From a virus (lineage: Duplodnaviria > Heunggongvirae > Uroviricota > Caudoviricetes): a DNA stretch of 12,045 bases. A program made the translations under genes and the position numbers. The DNA lies in IMG/VR virus record IMGVR_UViG_3300041407_000052, positions 92,348 to 104,392 of that record, one strand, 5' to 3'. The notes beneath the pieces are model-generated. The model saw only the letters and a program-made list of their open reading frames with translations, ran no database searches and had not been told where the DNA came from. Within the stretch, counting starts at the first letter, position 1, and each line of letters begins with the position of its first letter. This document shows positions 1 to 6,315 of this stretch, piece after piece.

Positions 1-250
1 CACCACATAAGGCTTCCCATCCAGAGGTTCGATAAGTCAGAGGACCATTAATTTGCATGACACCAGTTGCTGTGTCGGCTACATATGCTGGTCCACCAAA
101 GTCATCATCAGAACGAGCTTCAGGGGTTACATCAACGTTCCCCTCAATTCGCTGGTTGACATATTCCATAATGCTATCGAAAGAACTTTGTTCAATCAGG
201 TGCGGAGTGTTGATCAACGAACCTTTAATACGTGCGAGGCTGTGAGCCAT
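1..250 (-). CDS. Prohead protease, S49/SppA-like peptidase (5' part; runs off window start)
   Basis: Not in ORF track. ATG at 250 with GGGAG RBS; translated by hand MAHSLARIKGSLINTPHLIEQSSFDSIM...TGVMQINGPLTYRTSGWEALCG, open to the window edge. The I-x-G-P-L...CG segment resembles the N-terminus of lambda gpC/S49 proteases, and the gene directly follows portal. Confidence 0.7.
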   Translation of the reverse strand, partial: MAHSLARIKGSLINTPHLIEQSSFDSIMEYVNQRIEGNVDVTPEARSDDDFGGPAYVADTATGVMQINGPLTYRTSGWEALCG

Positions 251-252
251 AA

Positions 253-1773
253 TTAACTCCCTTTGTTTGCTGTATCAGGATCACCGCTAGAACCTGTTCC
301 TTTTCCGTTACTCCCGTTGAGTCCAGATTCCATTCCACCCCCAGCTTCGGAGACAAAACTTGTCATCATTTCTCTTAGTTTCTCAGTAGTTGTATCATCA
401 GGAACTCGATAATCAATACCAACACGAGCAAGGACAAAGTTAACAACTTCAGGAACCAGTGGGATAAGTCCAACAGCAGCTGCTTGTTGTAGGTATTTAC
501 CAACACTCTCCAATGACTCACTGTTAGGTAAATCAAAGTCAATGTACGGCATTACATCAGTAGGCCAAGAATTCTGTTCAAACAAAGTCTTAACAAGCTT
601 ATGATTAAGCTGGTCTTTGATTTCATTCAAACGACTCTTTACAGCCATGTCGATAATGCTTACTTTCGATTCAGCAAGTGAGTAACTACCACCAGAACCA
701 CTACCGAGCGACAATACGTCAGCGAAGAGAGCAACTTGAATCTCTCGCACATATCGTTCGATGATTGCGTTAACATCATAAGACTTCGTACCTGAGATAT
801 TCTTAATCTCAAAGTCGAACATCTTGTTACCGTCATTATCCAGCAACATCGGCAGGATGAACCCGCTTTGTTTTGCTTGATGTGCTCGTTCCATCATTCG
901 AGTGTACATGTTGAAAGATGCTTCGCGATCAGCGTCACGATCTTCTACAAGATAATCAGGTGGAAGGAATAGGATCTTGAAGGCGTTGTTATCTTGTGCT
1001 ACACCAATTGCTTCAGACTCTTGGTAAGCTTGTTTCATCTTCCATGGTTGGTATGCAGACACCAAAGGAGATGTACCAGAAGGACTATCGTTCTGAGGAT
1101 TGTGACGGAAGTGCAAGCACTTCTTCATCGGAATGTATTTGACACCAGTCTCTTGTAAGACACTAGTACGCATAACTTCCCAACCGTCAGTACTGATCAT
1201 ACTGTTTTCACTTGGGATTACGATACGTTGATCGAAACCATCCAATTCACGACCTTTATCTTTCCAATACCACTGGATAATAGTTCCTTGACTACGTGGT
1301 GAAAGGGCTTCAATCCCCACCAGACCATCATTGAACTTACTACCGTACTTGTGGTTTCGGAAGCGAAGTACCATTTCAAGAACACTAAATCCGTAACGGT
1401 TGAATGTACCAGCGTTTTTAATACCGGTTGTCCAACTGTGACGCATGTCGTCCATTACTTCAGTGAGGTACTTCTGTTGAGCTTTGAGCGTAGCTTCACG
1501 TTCTTTAGGAACACCCTTTGGAATCTTTACACTCCATGTGGCTTCAGCTACTTTACCTTCGACAAACTCTAGAGCTGGTCCAACAGAACCATCGACAGAC
1601 ATTGTTTTGAATGTCTTGTATGCTTGGGGCCAACGTAGTTCATGTTTACAATCATCGAACACTTGTCCACCAAGAGTGACAAGACCAGTGTAACCAGTCT
1701 CACCGTATACAATCGCAGGAGCTTTGGAGTCTCCTTGTTTCAAGGAGGTTGTGTTTTCGGCGTTTTCTGCCAT
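253..1773 (-). CDS. Portal protein
   Basis: 506 aa, AAGGAG RBS, immediately downstream of terL and upstream of the protease. Size and synteny are typical of portal. Confidence 0.8.
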   Translation of the reverse strand: MAENAENTTSLKQGDSKAPAIVYGETGYTGLVTLGGQVFDDCKHELRWPQAYKTFKTMSVDGSVGPALEFVEGKVAEATWSVKIPKGVPKEREATLKAQQKYLTEVMDDMRHSWTTGIKNAGTFNRYGFSVLEMVLRFRNHKYGSKFNDGLVGIEALSPRSQGTIIQWYWKDKGRELDGFDQRIVIPSENSMISTDGWEVMRTSVLQETGVKYIPMKKCLHFRHNPQNDSPSGTSPLVSAYQPWKMKQAYQESEAIGVAQDNNAFKILFLPPDYLVEDRDADREASFNMYTRMMERAHQAKQSGFILPMLLDNDGNKMFDFEIKNISGTKSYDVNAIIERYVREIQVALFADVLSLGSGSGGSYSLAESKVSIIDMAVKSRLNEIKDQLNHKLVKTLFEQNSWPTDVMPYIDFDLPNSESLESVGKYLQQAAAVGLIPLVPEVVNFVLARVGIDYRVPDDTTTEKLREMMTSFVSEAGGGMESGLNGSNGKGTGSSGDPDTANKGS

Positions 1774-1784
1774 TAGGCAACTCC

Positions 1785-3308
1785 TTAATCGAAGGGGGTT
1801 TTATGTGAGAGGTTGACACTGGCTAGAACCTGTGCCATATTAGGTACGTTGACGCGCTGAGCGAGGATTGACGTGGCATCACTGATACAGTCAACAATGT
1901 CATCGTGACCTGTCTCACCGCTTCGCTTCTTACCGTTAAAGCCTTCAAGCTCGCGGTACATGAAGCTATTGTTATTTTCAATCTTGTTTTCCAAGTCTGT
2001 TGAACAACCCTTTAGGAACTGGACATGTCCGTTCATAGCCAAAGAAGAGAAAGGACGAAAACGATCCAACTTAGATTGGGTTGCTTTCATTGTTCTAACT
2101 CTGTATCCTTTTTCACTCAACGAACGTGTGAGCAGGCTTGTTGCAACTTTGGCAGAAGCACCGGGATCGAGTGGGATAATAATCTCACAGTTCTTCCCAT
2201 CTTGCTCTGCGTTGTCGAGGATGAACTTTTCCCACTCACCATACAGGATACGACAACGACGAACATCGTGAACGAAGTAATCTCCATTCTTCAACTTGCT
2301 CATCTTCACACATGCTGTATAGTCAGGACTTGGGTTACCAGAAGACTTCAATGTACCAGCAAAGTCATATGCTCTAACTGTTCGTACAATCTCACTGGTA
2401 GATGGCTCATCAAGAGCATCTTCACCACACCACGAACGTTGGAAGTATGTGGAACCTTCTTCACGAGCGGTCCAGTCACCAAGCAGCAGACGCCTCATCT
2501 CAACATCGGGCATGGCTTCCAACTTACCTTTATAGTCAGGTTGGAGCTTCATCAACGTTGGGTTGTCTACAAGAGTACCAAGCAGCACTTGGAATGGAAT
2601 AGGTTTAACTTGATCTGTGTGATCCATAGGAAGATGTTTCTTCCCGTACTTCTCAATAAGTTCTTCTGGAGATTCACCCCAGCACATCTCTCCACCGATA
2701 CGAAGTACAAATCTTGTGATCCCGTTCTTTGCAGGATCAGCGATACCGTATTGAGGATGACCTTCTGGATGTAACCACCATTTAACCCATTCGAAAAGAT
2801 AACTGTCTGGGTCAGGGTTGCATGACAACCAAATACTTGGTTCCATCTTAGCTGATGTACGAAGACGTGAAAACAACCACCAAATGTGTTGTTCATCAGC
2901 GTGAGTTGCTTCGTCATAGAATACGTTAGAGAGTTGAAGACCTTGATACTTACGACCAGCAGCGTCGTTCTCATAGTGAGCAAATGAAACAGATGCACCA
3001 CTTGGGAAAACAATCATCTGATCTTTAATCTTTACTTTGATGTCAGGATAAACCTGAGAGTAAAGCCCGACTGCTTCTTGGAACAGTCCACCAGCTTTCA
3101 TCAAGTCGTTACTGTGTTGTCGAATACAGTAACCATTATACTTTGGATCATGCGCCCAACGTAGGTGTCGCATTAGTCCGACATAGCTTTTAGAGCTACC
3201 GGCTGCACCACCAACTACCAGAATCTTAGCATTCGACTTCAGGTATTTCTCTTGGAAGGGAGATTGAGGACGCACCATGTTAACTTCATGTTTTACATCC
3301 ATGGTCAT
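1785..3308 (-). CDS. terL: Terminase large subunit
   Basis: 507 aa. Walker A-like GGAAGSSKS, Walker B VFYDEA, coupling motif SCNP, C-terminal RNase H-like nuclease acids (RAYDFA, HDDIVDCISD). Confidence 0.95.
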   Translation of the reverse strand: MTMDVKHEVNMVRPQSPFQEKYLKSNAKILVVGGAAGSSKSYVGLMRHLRWAHDPKYNGYCIRQHSNDLMKAGGLFQEAVGLYSQVYPDIKVKIKDQMIVFPSGASVSFAHYENDAAGRKYQGLQLSNVFYDEATHADEQHIWWLFSRLRTSAKMEPSIWLSCNPDPDSYLFEWVKWWLHPEGHPQYGIADPAKNGITRFVLRIGGEMCWGESPEELIEKYGKKHLPMDHTDQVKPIPFQVLLGTLVDNPTLMKLQPDYKGKLEAMPDVEMRRLLLGDWTAREEGSTYFQRSWCGEDALDEPSTSEIVRTVRAYDFAGTLKSSGNPSPDYTACVKMSKLKNGDYFVHDVRRCRILYGEWEKFILDNAEQDGKNCEIIIPLDPGASAKVATSLLTRSLSEKGYRVRTMKATQSKLDRFRPFSSLAMNGHVQFLKGCSTDLENKIENNNSFMYRELEGFNGKKRSGETGHDDIVDCISDATSILAQRVNVPNMAQVLASVNLSHKTPFD

Positions 3309-3353
3309 GGTGTGCTCCGAAGGAGATAACTTCTTATCTCCATATAAGTGCCT

Positions 3354-3385
3354 ATTCTAAATGATAATCATTATTTTGTCAATAC
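3354..3385 (-). promoter_or_regulatory. Sigma70-type promoter for terL
   Basis: Minus strand GTA-TTGACA (3382-3377), 17 bp, TAGAAT (3359-3354). Confidence 0.75.
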
Positions 3386-3388
3386 TCA

Positions 3389-3892
3389 TTACAAGTATTT
3401 TGCAAGATATTCTTTAGTCATCTTATCTCGTGATCGACCAGTGATCCCCACACTCTTAGTAACTTCCTTGAACTCTGTTTCCCAATCCATACTGTCTAGT
3501 TGTTCTTTGGTCCATGGAGTGCCTTGGTTGGTGCTCTTATCAACAACTACTTCGTCTAATGTATCTAGTGAGAAGGTTTTGGCAACAGGCTCTACAAAGG
3601 CTGCAAAGACTTCCTTACATGTGTCGTATTCGAATACACGAAGTGTGGCACGTGGTGTTGGTGGAACTTCAGCTTCTAGAACCATAGAGCAACTGTGTGG
3701 GAATCGCATACTTGGGAGAGTACCGGGTTTAAGCTTGGCACCCAAGTTAGCCATCTCAATAATGTTCTCAATCAGATTCAGACCCAGAGAGTCAGAACTG
3801 GTTACATGCAAGTGATATTTGTTGAGCATTGCTTCATTGATAAACACTTGCTCATCTTGTACCACGAATGGTTGTTGTTTAAGTTCGGTCAT
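3389..3892 (-). CDS. Hypothetical protein between terS and terL, possible C-terminal HeH/LEM-like motif
   Basis: 167 aa, AAGGAG RBS, tight packing with neighbours. Confidence 0.8.
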   Translation of the reverse strand: MTELKQQPFVVQDEQVFINEAMLNKYHLHVTSSDSLGLNLIENIIEMANLGAKLKPGTLPSMRFPHSCSMVLEAEVPPTPRATLRVFEYDTCKEVFAAFVEPVAKTFSLDTLDEVVVDKSTNQGTPWTKEQLDSMDWETEFKEVTKSVGITGRSRDKMTKEYLAKYL

Positions 3893-3901
3893 AAGTACTC
3901 C

Positions 3902-4336
3902 TTAATGTTGGGTTGTTTCCATATCGAGACTGAATGCACCTGTACTGGTCGCTTCAGCTTCTTTCTGGTTCTCTTCTAGTTGTGCAGCACCTTCAGCATT
4001 ACCTTTATCGCGAACACCAAGGATAAGTGCTTCTTCACGAAGACAGGTGTTGTTCAATGATTCGATCTTGTTGACGACAAACTTTGCCATATCAACTTTC
4101 TCTTTAGATGGTTGTACTACAGTCTCACCATTTGAGTTCTTACCAGTCATACTAATACGAAGAATCTCAATAGCGTCTGGTTGTAGTTCACAAAGCTTAA
4201 CTAGCTGGGTACGCATTTTAGATCGTGGACCACTCTTACTTCCCTTTGGTCGTCCAGCAGGATTACCAGATATACCGGGTTGAAATCGAGTGTCACGTTC
4301 ATGAAGTGGGCTAACGCCCATGTCTTCAGTGGACAT
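3902..4336 (-). CDS. terS: Terminase small subunit (putative)
   Basis: 144 aa. N-terminal RFQPGISGNPAGRPKGSKS motif typical of DUF5681-like TerS N-termini. AGGAG RBS; upstream of terL. Confidence 0.75.
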   Translation of the reverse strand: MSTEDMGVSPLHERDTRFQPGISGNPAGRPKGSKSGPRSKMRTQLVKLCELQPDAIEILRISMTGKNSNGETVVQPSKEKVDMAKFVVNKIESLNNTCLREEALILGVRDKGNAEGAAQLEENQKEAEATSTGAFSLDMETTQH

Positions 4337-4368
4337 AAATTACTCCTAATGTTCTTGACATAGAGACA

Positions 4369-4400
4369 AGTTTACTGTCTTGTTATAAATTTGTCAATAC
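4369..4400 (-). promoter_or_regulatory. Sigma70-type promoter for terS
   Basis: GTA-TTGACA (4397-4392), 17 bp, TAAACT (4374-4369). Confidence 0.65.
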
Positions 4401-4420
4401 CATACCGTTATACAGCTTGA

Positions 4421-4450
4421 CAAACAAGAAAGCCCGCACAAAGGCGGGCT
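4421..4450 (-). terminator. Rho-independent terminator after head-fibre-like gene
   Basis: AGCCCGC-ctttgt-GCGGGCT followed by TTCTTGTTTG on minus strand. Confidence 0.8.
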
Positions 4451-4468
4451 AATTTTAATAACTGAGCA

Positions 4469-4750
4469 TTAAGTCAGTTGACCAGCTGTGCGACTTGCAG
4501 CAAGTAGAGCATTGAGCTTAGTCACAATTGCAGTAATAGCGGTTTGTGCAGTTGCAATGTCGGTCACTGTTTGTGCACCAAGATCAGCAACGGCTGTGGC
4601 TTTCTTAACACCACCGACTACAGTGGTGGTTGCAGCTGGTAGTACGTAACCACCACTGAACAATCCATCAAGGTCACCATTTCGAGCAGCACCCATAAGT
4701 CCAACAAGTGCAAGAGTTTCAACCAAATCATCACGTGTTGCAATAGCCAT
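4469..4750 (-). CDS. Head-fibre/decoration-like small virion protein (putative)
   Basis: 93 aa, AAGGA RBS, Ala/Thr-rich. YVLPAATTTVVGGVKK and KLNALLAASRTAG resemble motifs of phage head-fibre proteins. Confidence 0.6.
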   Translation of the reverse strand: MAIATRDDLVETLALVGLMGAARNGDLDGLFSGGYVLPAATTTVVGGVKKATAVADLGAQTVTDIATAQTAITAIVTKLNALLAASRTAGQLT

Positions 4751-4780
4751 ATTTATTTCCTTTTGTCAATTACTATAGAT

Positions 4781-4808
4781 AACAAAAAGCCCGCTCGTGG
4801 CGGGCTTC
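4781..4808 (-). terminator. Rho-independent terminator of the tRNA operon
   Basis: AAGCCCGC-cacga-GCGGGCTT then TTTGTT on minus strand. Confidence 0.85.
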
Positions 4809-4985
4809 TATTAATCGTTACTATCTCATTACCGTCTAATGACTCGACCTTGTTATAGGTTAGTTGAACTGCCACGTTAGTGGTCACGATGTCGTTCTTA
4901 CAATTCCTTGTCGGGTAATTGTTTTGTTTAGTCGCTTGAAGCGCCGTTCAAGTCTTTCTTTTACGGGACAGCACCCGGACTAGCT

Positions 4986-5072
4986 TGGAGGAAGATATCC
5001 GATTTGAACGGATGGAGCTGTTACACTCGGTAGTTTTCAAGACTACTGCAATAGCCGCTCTGCCAATCTTCC
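4986..5072 (-). tRNA. tRNA-Ser(UGA)
   Basis: Acceptor GGAAGAT/ATCTTCC, anticodon arm GTAGT-CTTGAAA-ACTAC, long variable arm, T loop TTCAAAT, encoded CCA; discriminator U. Confidence 0.92.
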
Positions 5073-5185
5073 GTAATTTCAAGGTTACCTGTGAGGACTT
5101 TTACCCCAAGAGCCTAGTGGCCTACCGACGACGCAGAACCCTCACGCCGACATGCTTTCTTACTTGATCGTCACCAAGTACTGTT

Positions 5186-5259
5186 TGGTGTGAGATAGGG
5201 ATTTGAACCCTTCCTTCATTTTCACAGAATGAATACCTTAGCCATCGGTCTGTCTCACC
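5186..5259 (-). tRNA. tRNA-His(GUG)
   Basis: G(-1) then GTGAGA/TCTCAC, anticodon loop CTGTGAA in TCATT/AATGA stem, T loop TTCAAAT, CCA; A73 instead of C73. Confidence 0.82.
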
Positions 5260-5390
5260 ATTGTTTCTTCTAATGCTTCTTTCAGTATCTGACGATCTAA
5301 TCTGCATTCTTTCCAACTAAGTCTTGAACAGCAACGACAATCAGCTGGTCCCATATCTTTAAGTTGACGACGACGCATTTTAACTTTCAT
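5238..5390 (-). CDS. 50-aa Cys/Arg-rich micro-ORF whose 3' end overlaps tRNA-His
   Basis: Below track cut-off. AAAGGAG-6nt-ATG; MKVKMRRRQLKDMGPADCRCCSRLSWKECRLDRQILKEALEETMVRQTDG; stop TAA (5240-5238) lies in the tRNA-His D loop. Confidence 0.6.
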   Translation of the reverse strand: MKVKMRRRQLKDMGPADCRCCSRLSWKECRLDRQILKEALEETMVRQTDG

Positions 5391-5406
5391 CAAATACTCC
5401 TTTAAT

Positions 5407-5481
5407 TGGTCACCATACTTAGATTCGAACTAAGCCTTCATCGTCCCAAACGACGTGTGCTACCGCTAACACTATATGGAG
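5407..5481 (-). tRNA. tRNA-Pro(UGG)
   Basis: Acceptor CTCCATA/TATGGTG (U2.U71 mismatch), anticodon arm CGTCG-TTTGGGA-CGATG, T loop TTCGAAT, A73, CCA. Confidence 0.9.
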
Positions 5482-5482
5482 T

Positions 5483-5565
5483 TGGTGGATCAGGTTGGAC
5501 TCGAACCAACAATGCATTCAGCGGGGAGTTACAGTCCCTTGGGTTACCAATTACCCTACTGATCC
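5483..5565 (-). tRNA. tRNA-Tyr(GUA)
   Basis: Acceptor GGATCAG/CTGATCC, loop CTGTAAC, extended variable region, T loop TTCGAGT, A73, CCA; 1 nt from tRNA-Pro. Confidence 0.93.
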
Positions 5566-5567
5566 TT

Positions 5568-5660
5568 TTGTTATTAGGTAGCTCTACCGACTGAGCTTAC
5601 TCCGGTGTATACCACCAGAAATGGGACTCGAACCCATGCACACCAAGCAACTGTTAACAA
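5568..5660 (-). ncRNA. Circularly permuted tRNA-like RNA, module 2 (YrlA/Y-RNA-like topology)
   Basis: 5'->3': TTGTTA..TTGGT, GTGC, T arm ATGGG-TTCGAGT-CCCAT, closed acceptor TTCTGGT-ggtatac-ACCGGAG, TAA, D arm GCTC-AGTCGGTA-GAGC, T, ACCTA..TAACAA. Confidence 0.72.
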
Positions 5661-5731
5661 GCGATGTTCTCAAGCTTGCTTGAATTAGATCCGGTACACA
5701 ACAGTCTGACTAGTATCGAGAGTTGAATACC

Positions 5732-5812
5732 TGTTGAGTTTACCTGATCGCAGCCGGTTTGCAACTTCCGGTCAAGGAAGGTGGGAATCGAACCCATATC
5801 AGTTATCTCACA
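5732..5812 (-). ncRNA. Circularly permuted tRNA-like RNA, module 1 (YrlA/Y-RNA-like topology)
   Basis: 5'->3': TGAG-ataa-CTGA, T arm ATGGG-TTCGATT-CCCAC, closed acceptor CTTCC-ttgacc-GGAAG, D arm TTGC-AAACCGGCT-GCGA, TCAG-gtaaa-CTCA. Confidence 0.58.
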
Positions 5813-5965
5813 TAATGGGGCGTATACCCCGTTCGCTATTGTTGACTTATGTCGAATAGCATTTCTACGAATTTGGATTCCAATAATAGGCTGTACGTTT
5901 ATCCTATTCTACTATTAATCCACGTTGGTCAACCCGTGGTAGTTTTCTACTTTCAACATAGAATT

Positions 5966-6039
5966 TGGTGCCCCAGTAGAGAATCAAACTCCAATCCCCG
6001 GATTACAAAACCGGTGCATCATCACAATGCTTCAAGGGC
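5966..6039 (-). tRNA. tRNA-Thr(UGU), non-canonical
   Basis: Acceptor GCCCTTG/CTGGGGC, D stem GCAT/ATGC, loop TTTGTAA in CCGG/CCGG stem, T loop TTTGATT, CCA. Confidence 0.8.
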
Positions 6040-6098
6040 ATGACGGTTGTAACGTAATGTCGAACTGTGTCAACACCAGAGGATACAACGCTGTTGTT

Positions 6099-6173
6099 TG
6101 GCAGTCCATACGAGAATTGAACTCGTCCCTCCGGCGTGACAGGCCAGTGTACTAACCGATATACTAATGGACT
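6099..6173 (-). tRNA. tRNA-Asp(GUC)
   Basis: Acceptor AGTCCAT/ATGGACT, anticodon arm CTGGC-CTGTCAC-GCCGG, T loop TTCAATT, G73, CCA. Confidence 0.92.
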
Positions 6174-6180
6174 TTATTAC

Positions 6181-6315
6181 TTAGGAAACAACCTTACCAG
6201 TGTAAGGATTCTTACCTTTCAAACCTTTGTTCGGATGACCTTTAGTCTTCTCAGACTTAGTAGTCGATTTCTCAATCTTGGTGTGTTCTTTAGTTGCATC
6301 GTAAAACTTAGTCAT
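6181..6315 (-). CDS. 44-aa Lys-rich micro-ORF inside the tRNA cluster
   Basis: Track gives start 6375, but a strong GAGGAG RBS precedes ATG 6315: MTKFYDATKEHTKIEKSTTKSEKTKGHPNKGLKGKNPYTGKVVS (11 K). Confidence 0.6.
   Translation of the reverse strand: MTKFYDATKEHTKIEKSTTKSEKTKGHPNKGLKGKNPYTGKVVS

Noticed and set aside
2025-2774. 249-aa plus-strand ORF (also 1960-2271, 2402-2602, 2567-3013)
   Set aside because: Antisense or alternate frame of terL, no RBS or motifs; shadow ORFs.
3190-3216. TerL Walker A reads GSSKS instead of GxGKS
   Set aside because: Walker A variants are common among phage TerL; other catalytic motifs are intact.
4355-4422. Plus-strand CTTGACA copies at 4354 and 4416, and minus-strand TTGACA at 4764-4769 and 7035-7040
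   Set aside because: No -10 hexamer at 16-18 bp; not called as promoters.
4931-4982. CCCG-TAAAAG resemblance to twister ribozyme
   Set aside because: Pseudoknot-forming loop and conserved UAA cleavage context are absent.
5680-5770. tmRNA-like resume context (AAGTT-GCA-AAC) opening a 25-codon frame ANRLRSGK...VYRI near T arms
   Set aside because: Peptide lacks the C-terminal Ala-Ala degron, there is no G3.U70 alanine acceptor or CCA, and the bases are better explained by the D arm of module 1.
6045-6075. TTGACA-16-TACAAC on minus strand in the Asp-Thr spacer
   Set aside because: Weak -10, short spacer, lacks the GTA prefix; cannot be supported as an internal promoter.
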